64,000 bases of DNA from Proteromonas lacertae. Its lineage: Eukaryota. The notes below the pieces were generated by a model. The model searched no databases, was not told the DNA's origin, and was given only the letters and a program-made list of their open reading frames with translations. Location of the stretch: contig NGBS01001166.1 of the NCBI GenBank assembly GCA_002245135.1, positions 186,001 to 250,000 on the forward strand, in the 5' to 3' direction. Positions 26,990-41,016 of this stretch are shown here, in pieces; the first letter of the stretch is position 1; each line of letters opens with the position of its first letter. Made by a program: the position numbers and the translations under genes.

Positions 26990-29900
26990 ATGTCAACCAC
27001 AAATCTACGGTTAAAGAATTCTAACTCAGTGCCTACATATCAAACTCCTCTTTCGAGTGTTCCTAGCCGATTAACTCAAGCGGAACACTCATCTTCTTCA
27101 TGCCTTCAAGTTGAACCAGAACATGTTATTAATTTTGATGGTATAAACAAATAATTTTTATATTATTATTTTAGTTCAAAGAGGATACTCTACATTTAAT
27201 ATTGTGACTTTAAGGAATAAAGATTATGAAAATAATTTAGCATTCATCACAAAAACAACAGCAGAACATATAACATCTAAACCAAATTGTGGTATTCTGA
27301 AACCACAAGAATGTATTTCAATCACCATATCTATAATGTCTGAGAGTGTTTTAACATACTTTCAAACAGGATTAGATAATATAAATGACAAATTTCTAAT
27401 TAAATATGTAAAGTGCAACAAATCAGATATTACAGATGAAAATGAAGTAATTTTAGAAAAAGTATTCTTAATTATATTATTTATATAGTTTCGTAAACAT
27501 CAATGGAATAAACCAATAAAGAAAATGATTCTATCAATCAAACTGAATGAAAGAGAGTATATGGAACCTGTTAAATCATTCATTATTCCACCAATATCCA
27601 ATAATTCATCATATCAATCTTCATCACCTTCATTTAATAACAATAGTAATAGAAATAGATCTGTACGTAATAATAACAATAATAATCATACATCAATAGC
27701 GAATAGAAGCAGTATAATTACACCCTCTCCATTACATACATCTTCATCGACAAATACACCAAAAGCTGCAACAAATGACGACATAACTAATTCAACAACA
27801 TCTCCTAAATCTAATATAAATATATCATCTATTATTGTTACACAGAATCAATCAAGTCAATTACAGCAATCACAACAACAACAACAACAAGAATCATTAT
27901 CTCATTCACCATCATCATCTTCATCTTCACCTAATAAATATTCACTATTAACACCAGAGATAACTAACACAACAACAGCAAGTGCTACTACATTAGAATC
28001 AAGATGTTCATTAATACGAAATAATAATAATAATAATAGTAATGTAGATGAATGTAATAGCAGTGTTAAACATACCAATATAAAATCACCACTGAATGCA
28101 ATCACTAGTAATTCTGATTCAATATCATCGCTATTAGATGATTTTGGTAAAGTAGAAGACGATACAGTACCGTGGGTGAAAGGATTGCCAATTGGAAAAG
28201 GTGTAATGGGAACAGTCTACAAAGGAATGCATAAACTAACAGGCGATCTATTAGCAATTAAAGAAATAATACTGAAACAATATGATAATAAAATAATAGA
28301 ACAAATATCAACAGAATTGGCTATATTAAAGAATATTAGACATATAAATATAGTTCATTATTATACTACACAAATTATTAAAGGTAATGATACATCTCCA
28401 GCATATATTAATATAATAATGGAATATGTATCAGGTGGATCTTTAGCAGATATTATTAAGAAATTTGGTAAAATATCAGAAGATAGTGCAAAAACATTTG
28501 TTCATCAGTTACTACAAGGTTTAGAGTATTTACATGAGAATGGAATAACCCATCGAGATATAAAAGGTGGAAATATTTTACTCACAGAAACTGGTATAAT
28601 AAAGATATCTGATTTTGGTACATCCTGTTCTATCTTCCACGATGATCCTTCTAAGAATAATATGCAAATTGGAACTCCACAATGGTGTGCTCCAGAAGCG
28701 TTAAAAGATCAATCGTTATTAGAGCCAAAAGACTGGAAGAAAGCAGATGTTTGGTCAGTTGGTTGTTTTATATTGGAGATTATTACTGCTGAACCTCCTT
28801 GGGGTATGTTTGATAATACTCAGAATGCAATATACAAGATTGTTGAAGCGAATACTCATCCACCAATACCAGAAGATGGTATTAGTGACGATCTTAGAAA
28901 TTTTCTAGAAAAATGCTTTGTAATTGATCCAAAGAAAAGACCTACAGTTCAATCACTGTTAGTGGAGAAATGGTTACATAGTGAAGAAGTTCGAAGAGTT
29001 TTGAATAATATTGATGTATGCATTAAATTATTTATTATATTATAGAGGCCTCAAACAGCAATTCCTCATTGTAACAGTGATTTAGTATCTCCAGTACATG
29101 GTGCAGGAGCTGTAGAAATCCAAGAGAATGATTTATTCGTAATGAAACGAAAGAATAAAGAAAAGAAGAATTATTTAGGGATATTCTCCAGTAAGTATAA
29201 ATCAAAGAAGAAAACAGTATTAACAATGGGAGGAGTAGCGAAACAGGAGAGAGTATTATCTGCATCAGTTGCTGATTGTTATTATCCACCAATTGATAAG
29301 AAATTAAATGAACAACAACAACAACAATCACCACCAACTCCTCCACTGAAGGTTCCAGTAACTCCACATGATTTTGAAGTTCAAGCTATGTTAAAGAAAA
29401 GTACATCCAATACAAGTAGTACAACTGTATTACCAGATATTAATTCAAAACAGAATAAATGTTCTTCATCAACTCATAAAGATGAAGAAAAACAGTCAAA
29501 GTTCAATTATGATAATTCTACAATTAATAAACTAACGAGAGACAATAAAAGACAGCCAATTTCATCAATATATAAAGAGTCAAAGGAATTAGTAGAAACA
29601 TTACGAATATCATCATCCGATGTGATAATAATCAAGCATGAAAGAAACAAATCAACAGATACAAGTGATGAGAAGATAATCACAAATAGAACATCAAAAT
29701 CACAAGAAAATTCAGATCCAATAAAGAACAGTAAAGATCATTCAGTAAGTCCATTAAAGAAATTAAAATCAACCAAATCTGGATTAATGCGTATATATTA
29801 TTTTTATTATTATTATATAAATAGATCCACCAATACCTCCCATTCCAGATATATCAATAGTAAATGTCAATACCAACAACACAGCATTAGGTAGACCAAT

Positions 29901-31671
29901 GACAGCTCCAGGAAAGAGTAAAAACAGTAGCACAATGAATTGTAATAGCAACTGTTGTAGTAATAAAGGTAGTAACTGTGTTAGTTCAAATTCATCCTAT
30001 TATTTACCTGAAAATGATCCAATATTAATATATTTAAATAATTTAAGGACTTTATATTCTGTAGTGTTTGGTTCAGTTCCATGTAAATATTCGGATAAGG
30101 AATTGTTAGAGAAATTTAAATCAAGCAGAAGTTGTTTATTATTGATAGATAATTTAGATTATATTAATCGAATATTTGAACATTGGATTAATATTGTCAA
30201 TAATTATAAAAACAGTAGGGATGAATCAGATTTGTTATCTCTATTAATCCAATCTCCAATACAGAAATATACATTTGCAAATCAAAATAAATATAAATCT
30301 TTAGATTATCATGTTATTAGAAAGGTACATAAATGGATTTATAAAGTGAGATTATACATTTTAGATGCAGGAATTGATAATAGAATAGGTGTAAAAGCAT
30401 GTAATACAATAGCCAATAAAATATGGAAATTATATCAATTATTTAGTGAAAGATATTTAATAATAAATAATCATTTAGTTTCATTATCTAATGATAAAAA
30501 CAATATATCTAGTAAAAAGTATATAGAATATATTTTGAAGAAGTTTAAAGCTGATGAAATCAAAGAAGAAGTGTATAATTCAATATCATATTTGAGGTTA
30601 TTATGTGAAATGAATACTCAATCATATAGTCGATTAAAATCACATCTTGCATCACCTACAGATAAAGATGATAGTTGTGGTATTCCAGATTTACATTCTC
30701 CTGTAAAGAAGAATATATTGAAAGAGAAAATAAATTTAGCAAATATAAAAGAAGAAACAGATAAAGAGGAGAAGTTGAAGAAGAAGAAGAATAAGAAAGA
30801 AGATGATGAAGAAAAGAACAGAAAGAAAAATGAAATAAAAGAGAAAGAAAAAGTGAAAGAGAAAGAAGTGAAGAATGGGAATAAAAAGCAAACATCGAAT
30901 ATAAAACCAACAAAAAAGAAAGAAGCAACTAAAACAGTTGCACCTTTACCAACAAAGTATAATAATAATAATATAACGATAGTAAAGACATTACTAACAG
31001 ATTTAATAGATCAAATAATAAATAAATATCAACAAGATATTACAGATTCATCACCACAACTTTTACTATTTCCAGACTCAAATAAGCAATCATTAAAACT
31101 GAAACCACCACCAACTACTACTTCATCATCATCTTCATCTTCTCAAAATTATTCCACTGAAAAATCTACACTTAAATCATTCACATTTTCAGGTGAATCT
31201 TCTCCTTATTACAGTATGTCTCCAAGTTTGTCAGTGTTTAATGACTCTCCTAATACAATGAATAGACAGTTAATCAATGATAGTTCAATAGTTATAACAC
31301 CGCTTACTGCTACTACTTCATTTTATGAAGATGGATCTGATGAACAAGATTATTATGTTATTGAAAATTATAAACCAGAAGAAACAAATGAATTAGAGTT
31401 GAAAAGAGGTGATATAATTAGAGCAAAAAAGAGTAAAAATGACTGGTGGGAAGCGACAAACCAGAAGAATCAAGTTGGTTGGGTGCCTAAGAATTTTCTT
31501 GAACCATTATCTAGAATAAATAATGATTTATCATTTATTGAGGAAGAAGGAAGTGTAATTTCAAGATCTGCTTCAGTGATGAGTATGGATGGTATTATTA
31601 AGAAGAAAGGTGATAAGAAAAAGGTGGATGATAAGATAAAGATGGATAGAATTAAAGAAGAAGAGAATTGA
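26990..31671 (+). CDS. MSP-domain + STE/MAP3K-like kinase + SH3 protein
   Basis: MSP-like LAFITKTT..PNCGILKP..DKFLI; kinase GKGVMG, AIK, MEYVSGGSL, HRDIKGGN, DFG, GTPQWCAPE; SH3 EL.LKRGD...WW...GWVP.NFL; four introns keep the frame. Confidence 0.85.
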
Positions 31672-31779
31672 TGAGTGTTTTTAGTTTAATTTACATACTT
31701 AGTTATTAAGAATGTGTTAAATTTCTTTTGATTTTTGTTTGTTATGATTATAATACAATAGATTACCATTATTTAGTCA

Positions 31780-32481
31780 ATGGACAAAATCAACTTTCTT
31801 ATGATAGGAACAAAAAATGTGTCTAAAGAAATTATTACAGATACATTTTCAAAGACACCTATATCCACTGAAACAGTAAACGATGTGAATATAAGCATTT
31901 ACGAGGATGATCAAATAAAACTGAAAGTATTTGATGTTGTTCCATCATGTGTATGTATTTTCATTTAATTTTAGAATTATGATGAAATATATAAGCAGAA
32001 TCCACAAATTCAAGGATTATTCTTTATAACAAAGAAAGATGATGATGAATCAATTAAAACAGGTATAATCATTCCATTAATAATATACAGTAATCGAACA
32101 AAGAAAAAGAATTGATGAATCATCACTTTATTCATCAATACCTTATGTATTTGTCGTTTTAAATGCAGTTGATTCTGAAGAAGGTTGTTTTCAACCAATT
32201 TTTGAACTAGATGGTTATACAAAGCATCCTTGGACAATATTTGTATAAAAATAAGTATTATTAATTAACATAGACTCCAGCTGATGGAGAAGATATATTT
32301 CCATCTGCTTTTATATTTGTAGCTAATAATATAGAAGAAACAGAAGAGTCTCTGTATTTGTTTTGATTTATGATATAATAGAAAAGCTGCATTTGAGAAT
32401 ATGGATTTTTCTGATTTAGGTCTAACAGCTGAAGATGAAGCACAGATTGCAAAAGAGATGGATTCATTATTTCACATGTAA
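31780..32481 (+). CDS. Degenerate Arf/Ras-like small GTPase-fold protein
   Basis: FLMIGTKNVSK at the P-loop position, LKVFDV, GLFFI and PYVFVVLNA; five exons, TAA 32479-32481. Confidence 0.5.
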
Positions 32482-32571
32482 TATTTTTCCTTCATTTTTT
32501 TTGTTTATTATTTGAGTATTTTACTACACAAAAAAACACATACATATACAGAAATAAATTTGCTTATTTAT

Positions 32572-33723
32572 TTATTTAGCTTCTTCCTTAATATCTTTCT
32601 TCTCTTCAATCAATCTATACCTCCAAATCATTCCTTCATCAGTAGTCATTATAATAGAATTAGTACCATCATATGTAACAGTAATAGATGTTGCTTTCCC
32701 TCTAAATTTAGGGAATCTAAGTGGATATTCTGTTAATTTCAAAGTCAAAGCTGTTAATTCATTACTACTTGATATAATGATTATATCTTTGGTTTTATCA
32801 ATACACATTGGGAAAAACTCAATATGACGGTTGTGTACATAAGTATACAGAATTTTAAAATCAGTATAAGATAATACATACACTCCTTTTGTTGCTAGCG
32901 AATTGATAATAATATAATCTTTGTAACAAATAATTTCATTAACAAAAGCTGGACAATTTTCTGGTTTTGGAATTTTCTGGGTTGGATTTGAGATTGTTTT
33001 ATCGGTTGCTTCTTCTGGAACATTCCATAAAAATATATTATCATCATCCATTGATATTAATTGATTACTATTATACCAACTACAACAAGTTATTCCTTTC
33101 ATATTATATCTATATTATATATAATAATAACATATAATATCAATACTCTGCTATTTTAACAAGTTCATTTTCACTCTTTTTCCATACTATACATTTACCA
33201 CTATGTGCTCTAGTGAAGATATAACCTAAATCACTAATATTCTCTTTTATATCAACAATTGCAGAATCAAATATTCTGTTTTGATATACTACTTTAGAAT
33301 AACCTACTGAAAAGACTTTCAACACTCCTGTATTATCACCAACAGCAATACCATAATCTAATGGTATACGATACCAATCAGCTGATGTGAAATACTATAA
33401 AAAAAAGTAATTAATAAATAATATACAACATTAATCTGATCTAAACTATGTTGATACATTAAATCTAAATTATAACCTAAATGATGATTGTCATAACTAT
33501 TAAAAATAAGTAGTTATTGATATACATATTCAGTTGCTTAGTGGCCAGAGTAAATATTATATTCCCACATTCTGGGTCATTAGTAGTTTTTACCAAAGTT
33601 ATGGATGAATTGTGATTTTCACGAATGACAGTATTTAATGCCATATGCTTTTCTTCAATGTCCCTAGAGTTCCTCATGATAAAAATAGAATTAATACAAG
33701 TCATCATCAGAAGATGTCTCCAT
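32572..33723 (-). CDS. WD40 protein, EED/LRWD1-like
   Basis: VIRENHNSSI, YDNHHLGYNLDL, IAVGDNTG.LKVF and G.IWRY; four introns. Confidence 0.6.
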
Positions 33724-33801
33724 TCTATTTTATAAAATGCAATTAATGAATTCAGGCTTGAATCTTCAAACTTATTTCTTTTTTCTTTTTGGATTTTTCT
33801 C

Positions 33802-35261
33802 ATGTCTTTTTTGGTTTGTAGAGATATAAAATATGCAGTTATTCGTAGATTAATAGCGTCGTTCAGAAATTTGAGATCAGGAGTCTCAACTCGTATATAT
33901 TAAATAATCTATTGAATAGTTGCTCCAGAATCTGAGGCAAAGAAGTCTAAATCATTACCAATATATTTAGATTGGCAAGTATGATGAAATATCAACATTA
34001 TAATCTATTTTAGGCAACAGCAATGTTAGATCCTCGAGCATTGGATGCTATGTTACCATACATGACTTATCAATTTGGAAATCCACACTCAAGAACACAT
34101 AAATACGGATGGGACTCTGAGGAAGCCCTAGAAAAAGCAAGATCTCAAATTGCTCATTTAGTTGGTGCTAATCCAAAAGAGATAATATTTACATCAGGAG
34201 CAACAGAATGTAATAATTTGGCTGTAAAAGGGTGTGCTAATTTTTATAAAGAAAAGAAAAATCATGTTATTACAACTCAAATAGTATATTTTCTATTTTA
34301 ATTCTTTTTATTTTAAATTGTTAAATAGGAACATAAGTGCGTATTAGATAGTTGTCGTTATTTAGAACGTCATGGATGTACAGTAACTTATTTGAAGGTA
34401 AATAAAAACGGTTTAATTGATTTAAACGAATTAGAATCATCAATCACTCCAAAGACAGTATTAGTCTCAGTGATGGGAGTCAACAATGAAATTGGTATAA
34501 TGCAACCGTTAAAAGAGATTGGAAAAATCTGTCATAAACATGGAGTATTTTTCCACTCAGATTGTGCACAAATGATTGGTAAGGAACCAGTGAATGTGAA
34601 TGATTTAGGAGTTGATTTAATGTCAATGAGTGGACATAAAATATATGGTCCAAAAGGTATTGGTGCTTTATATGTTAGAAGACAACCTCGAGTTAGACTT
34701 GAGCCAATTATTAATGGTGGAGGACAAGAAAGAGGTCTTAGAAGTGGCACTATGCCAACTCATTTGGCTGTTGGGTTTGGCAAGGCTTGTGAAATTGCTG
34801 AAAAAAGTTTGGAGTTTGATCATCAAAGAATAAAGAAATTATCTGATAAATTAATCAATACTTTACAAAAGAATGTATTTATATTATATTATATTAAATA
34901 GTTGACTCATATTACCATTAATGGTGATAGAAATCATTGTTATCCAGGTTGTATTAATATCTCATTTGCTGGTGTTGAAGGTGAAAGTTTAATATTGAAA
35001 TCTAAGGATGTAGCTGTTTCATCAGGTAGTGCATGTACTAGTGCATCATTAGAACCATCTTATGTACTAAGAGCTATTGGAGTTAGTGATGATTTAGCTC
35101 ATACTTCATTAAGAATTGGTATTGGTAGATTTACTACTGAGAAGGAGATTGATTATGCATGTAAGAAGATTATTGATTCTGTGAATAGTTTGAGAGAGAT
35201 AAGTCCTTTGTGGGATATAATTCAAGAAGGAGGTGATTTATCTAAAATGAAATGGAAATAA
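33802..35261 (+). CDS. NFS1: Mitochondrial-type cysteine desulfurase
   Basis: [47 protein letters not shown] and [17 protein letters not shown]. Confidence 0.98.
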
Positions 35262-35413
35262 GGATTCTATGTTAAAACTAATACAATTATTGCTATTAAA
35301 ATAATTAATATAATACCTTTTATTTGTTTTTAGGAAAGGACAGAAAAAATCAAACCTTTAGGTTTGTAGTTGTTTTGATTTTAAAGAAAACACTTTTTTT
35401 CGGAGTAATAGAG

Positions 35414-35805
35414 ATGTCTGTTCCACAAGGATGGTTGAAATCTTTTATCAGATCACCCACTGGACCTCTAACAATCCATTTTTGGGGACCTATGGCAAAT
35501 TGGGGTTTCGTTCTTAGTGTATGGAATTTTGGAGATTATTTTTAATAGGGCTTAGTTGATCTTAAAAAATCCCCCACATTTATATCTAAGAAAATGACTG
35601 GTGGTATAATCTTCTTCATATTTTCTTATTAGTTTTGTGTATGTATAGTCTTTTATTTATGAGATTTGCATGGATGGTACAACCCAGAAATTTGTTATTA
35701 TTTGCTTGTCATTTTTGCAATGAAGGAGTACAATGTACTTTACTAGGCAAAAGGATAAAATATGATATAGAACAAAAACGAAAAGGATTAAAGGTAGTAG
35801 ATTAA
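35414..35805 (+). CDS. Mitochondrial pyruvate carrier (MPC family)
   Basis: [15 protein letters not shown] and [23 protein letters not shown]; two introns. Confidence 0.92.
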
Positions 35806-35905
35806 ATATATGAATGTCTGGTTTAATTTTATTATTTCTAATTGTGTTATAATTCTTTATTTTGTATTAAAATACACTAGTAAATAACATAACATTATAT
35901 TATAA

Positions 35906-36581
35906 TTAAGCAATTGAACTATATATATCAGAAGATTGTGTTTCTACACTTTCACTATCACTAGGAACAATAATGTCTGGTTGAAGTAATGGTGTATTGT
36001 CTGGAGGTGACATTGATATTAGATTTGTCTAATAAAAATATAAATGTACTAATATACTTCATTTCCTTCTATTTTCAGCAAAGCTAACCGAAGTAACCTC
36101 GAAGATCTAAATCCTTCCAACTATATTAATCAGAAATAAGCCATATACTGCAATTGCAAAGAGTAGCATGAGTATAAGGAAAATTAAAAAATTGTTTCTT
36201 ATCATTTTCTCTTCAAAAAACAGGATTCTGACGCTCTGAACTACAATTCCAACAAATGAGGCAGTTAATATCACAATATTTACGATCCAATGCTAAAAAG
36301 AATATAACTATAGCAAATATACGATAAAAACAGCATTATTGTTATGAAAACCACTACCGATATATCCAACAATGGCACAAACTATATAACCAATTCCAAA
36401 TAAAGCAGCATAATATTGATAATCTTTAACGATAAATAACAAGATTGAGCAAACTATTCCAGCTACCTATAAATTATCAGCTTAAATGCGATACTAGTTG
36501 TGTCAGGGAAATTATTTTCACTCTAGTGGACAGAATAACTATTGCTTGTAGGTTTTGTGAAAAATTTGATTGCTCAAGCAT
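35906..36581 (-). CDS. Small membrane protein, about 4 TM helices
   Basis: Spliced frame VAGIVCSILLFIV..ALFGIGYIVCAIVGYIG..HWIVNIVILT..FLIFLILMLLFAIA; TAA at 35908-35906; first exon uncertain. Confidence 0.6.
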
Positions 36582-36637
36582 GTTTGACATTAAATTGTTT
36601 GAGGCTTGAATTATTCTTTTTTTCTTTACTTTTGAAA

Positions 36638-37796
36638 ATGAGTGATATATTGGATGAAAATTTGTTATCATTCTTGAAGAATGAATACAGAGTATATTTT
36701 GGTATAAATATATTATTTAGATTATAAAGTCATCACCTCGAAGTGGTAAATCGTATATAGTTGTGATAGAAAACTTATTAAGTGCCGATCATGAAGTATT
36801 GAAGGTGATTAATGTTAGAGAAGTTCCTAAAGAGAAGATCCAAGAATATATATTAGCATTAGAGGTAGTGAATAAAATTGAGAGCAAAAGAAACTATCTT
36901 GTAAAATATTCAATGATAAAAGAAGAAAATGGCTATATCTATTTGAAGATGCGAGAATTTATTGGTTAATTAGATTGTGAAGAATTAAGCGTATATAGAA
37001 TATATGAGAATATGAAAGATAATAATGAACAAACAGAAGAAGAAGAAGAAGAAGAAGAAGAAGATGATGATGATGATGATGATGAAGGTGGTGATGATGA
37101 AGATGATGAAGAGGAACATGAAAAAGAAACAAAAGAAAAAGATGAATTACAAGAAGTATAAAGGATGAAAAGGAAGTATAAGATATAATGCATATTATGA
37201 TATTTGTTATTCAGTATATCTTTTACATTCAAACAATCTGATTCATGGGCATATAAGTAAAAAGAATGTATTTTATTATAACAATCACTTCTATTTATCT
37301 GATTATTGTCAATACTTATTACATGATGATAATGATAAAGAAAAGGTAGAAGATGAAGATGATAAAAGTAATAGCATTTTTTACTATAAAGAAAAAATAA
37401 AATGTCGAAAGGCATATATCGGTAATAGAAATGAAGATATATGTAGTTTGGGATATATACAAAAATATTTATCAAAAATAGCAACAAGGGAATTTATTTT
37501 TTCAGGAAATGAAAAAATTGATGAAGATAGTTTTCCTGATATGGTAATTGAACGATTATGGGAAGAAACATATGATGGATTATATAATACTTTAGAAATT
37601 CTTAAAAGACTTGATAGTATAATTAATTTTATATTATTTATAGAAATGAAATTAAAAAAAAGGAAGAATATTTGTTTTAGAAAAAGAAAGAGAAAATCAT
37701 TTAGAAAGAATAACAGAATTAGAAAAAGAGGTAGAGACATATAGAAGAGAAAACAATGATATATCTGTTAAAAGAAAGAAATTATCAACAAATTAA
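36638..37796 (+). CDS. Hypothetical or decayed gene with an acidic D/E tract
   Basis: Fragmentary ORFs 36638-36969 and 37448-37744 flank a poly-Glu/Asp run; junctions not cleanly resolved. Confidence 0.35.
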
Positions 37797-37948
37797 CAAA
37801 CAATTACTATTATCATCCATTTATTATATTGTTATATGTGATTTGTTGATTAACACAAGTATTGCTTGATAATTCATATTAGACAATATCATTAATAAAT
37901 AAATTACATTAACTTAGAATAGTTTTTTCATTATTATCCTTATTATTA

Positions 37949-39206
37949 TTATGTACCAAACAAATTAGTTAACTCATCATCTAATGAATCACCTTCACTT
38001 TCTTCATCATCATCATGAATCTGTTCAATCACAGGTGGATGTTCTTTTACAGCACTTGGATCATATATTGCCTGATTACTATACATATATTTCTTCTGAT
38101 GAGTCATATAAGTTCTACCAAAATAAATACCTTTTGCTAAAATCTTTTTAATTTGAACATAATCTTGAGCAGCTGAGTTATAATCCCATAACTTTCTATA
38201 ACAAATAGCTCTTGCTTTTAACGCTTCCAAAAACATCTCATTGATCTCTAAAGCACTTGAAAAACAATCTATAGCTTCTTCATAGCGTCTTAACTCACAT
38301 AAACAAAAACCAAGATTATAGTGAATTAAAGCATTCTTTTTATTATGATATTTCAATGCATATGTATAAGAAGTGAATGCATCTTCATGTTGGCCTAGTT
38401 TACTCTGTGTATAACCTAAATTAAACCATCCTGGATAATATAAAGGATTGATTTTAATAGATTGGCGATAAGCATAATATGATTTTGAATAATTACCTTC
38501 AGTACGATATCTAAATCCTAACTTTGAAATAATAATCTGAATTATGTACACCTGATGCAGTTAAATTACCATGTGGACGTACTTCATACAGTGGAGGTAT
38601 AATTATATCACGATATTCCATTAAGTCTTCTTTCTTTGAAGCTTCTTGTATTACTTCTGGTAGAATATTAAATACTCTTACGTTGATGTGCGAATCTTTA
38701 CTCTTGGGTGGAAATAGTGCTGGATCTATACCTTCTATATATGGATCTGTTTTCTTGGTTGTTTCTAATTCAGCGGATGGAGGTCTGTAATTGATTAACC
38801 GAGATTCTGCAAAGGAGTTTTTAGTTGTTTTTGGTCTTTTTTGTGATGGTGTTTTGGGTTTCTTAATTGGAGAGTGATGTGGATTTTTATATCCTGGCAA
38901 TAGTTCTGGAGGTTTTCTGAATGCTTCTATTTCTTCTTTTTCCATTTTATTCAGTACATGAAACAGTTTCTTTGTGTCAAATGGTTGATGCATTGCTTCT
39001 ATTGTTTCATACCTTTCAACTTCTCTTGGTGTTTGTCTATATATTATAAACATAATTTATTTAATTAAATACCCCAAATTTGGTAAATATATAGGTTTAG
39101 GTTTTGAAGGCATTGAAATATGCCTTATATCAGATGTTCTAACCATAACATCTTTACATGTAAGAGGTATATCAAAGTCTGGATTAAATGGACTGGAATA
39201 GGCCAT
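37949..39206 (-). CDS. TPR-repeat protein
   Basis: WFNLG...A..Y..AL, HYNLGFCL..L.RYEEA..F..AL and RA..YRKL..Y..A.DY; two introns. Confidence 0.85.
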
Positions 39207-39298
39207 TTCTATATTTCATATAATGAGAAAATCGATATTTTTCAATAACAGAAACAGTTAGGCTTGAGGTTTGAGAGATTTTCTAAACTGAATTGCTT

Positions 39299-40213
39299 AT
39301 GAATAGAAATCTTGTTGTTACTGTAGGTGTATCTGTTGCATGTGGATACTTGTTGTATAGATTGTGGAACTCAAATAAACGTCATATAGTATTTCAATAA
39401 TATTTATGTTGTAGAAAAATATAAATAAAGATAGTAAATTAATCAAAAAAATAATAAACAAAGAAATAAAACCGAATGAAGGTATATTATGATTAGAATA
39501 ATGTTTTAGATGGAATTCTTTCTCTCAATGATCTGCAAATAATATTATCTGAAATAAATAAAACAATTGAACCAATATATTTGAAATTATTAGAAAATAG
39601 AAAAGAAATTTTATCTTCATATCGATTTTCTGAAAGGAAATTGAACGCATTATTAATGGAAGAATTTAAAAAATCATTAGGTGAAGTAACAGTAAGTGTT
39701 TACAAGAAATATAAAACCAATTCAGAGATAATTAGCAAATCTTCAAAAAACTATAAAGATATAAAAGAATATAAGCATTTAGCATATGAATTAGTTAATA
39801 TGGAAAAATCCTTAAAAGGAGAATCTCAACAATCAGTAGAAATACCTTCATTTCTAACAAAAGATTTTGCTTTATTAATATATGATAAATCGTTAGCAGC
39901 AATATGTGATTCAATGAAAGAAGCAATATTAGAGAAATGTGATGAACTGGGGTTGGATTTTGCATCATTTGTTTCAATAATGAATGGTAATGCTGATATT
40001 ATGGTAGATATAAATAATAAATATTACCCTTTGGTTAGTATTAGACATTTGATGTTATATAGGGAGTATAAAGTTACTGAATTAGAATTACAGACAGCAT
40101 TACGACTTTATGCTAATAGTGACCCATATTATACTGATAAATTGGATTATGTGAATAGTAAGCATAAAAAAATAATGAATGAATTTACTGGTGCTGCAAA
40201 TGAAATAGATTAA
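39299..40213 (+). CDS. Hypothetical protein with an N-terminal signal-anchor
   Basis: MNRNLVVTVGVSVACGYLLYRLW, two introns, then ORF 39581..40213. Confidence 0.6.
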
Positions 40214-40311
40214 TAATGTACTTTAAGATTTTATGTTTTGTTTTAGCTGTTGTATGTATAAAATAAAATAATGAAACTAAACTATTTATTTATTGTTAAT
40301 AAATATATCAC

Positions 40312-40955
40312 TTATTCAAGAGGTGAGACTAATTCAACATCATTGTCAGATATTGGTGATAGAGGAGGAGATTGTTGATTCAATTGATCTGCAATAGCAT
40401 TGCTGGTTATTCCATTTGGATTGTCATTACTCCTATTAATGTTATCCAAACGGATAGTTGACATTATCTCTTCAAAAGCTTCATCTGATGTAGATCTCAC
40501 ATATTCTGTATATTCTGTTCTATATTTCTTTACAACATCTTGCACATTCTTATTAACACCAAATTGTGATATCTATGTTGTAAATGATTGAATCATACTT
40601 TTTCTATCAGGTTTTCATATGGAATTTTGGGAAATAACTCTCTACACCAATCTTGATATATTGATATTAATATATTCAAATTATCTGTCTATTTCATAAA
40701 AAATAAAAATTCATTCTAAATACATCTGATTTATAGAAAGTTGTCTTAGTCATTACATTCATAAGAGCATCAATACCCTTTTCTCCAACTAACATATCTG
40801 GTTTGAAGGTTACTCTTGCTTTTCTCTTTTTGGCGCCAAGTTCAATTTCTTCATTAGGATTGGCTTCTTCTGGATTCTCTTCTATTACATATGCATAAAT
40901 AATTTATAATACTAGATGACTGCTTTCTTTTCTGTGGTTTAGGAGTAGAATTCAT
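40312..40955 (-). CDS. TIPIN: Replication fork protection factor TIPIN/Swi3/Csm3
   Basis: LVGEKGI, NLNILISIYQDWCRELFPKIPYENLIEK and FG.NKNVQ match the Swi3 domain pattern. Confidence 0.75.
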
Positions 40956-41016
40956 TGATTTATCAAAATAGATTGTCAAGCATTAATCAAGCCTAAACCC
41001 ATTTAAATTTTATTAA

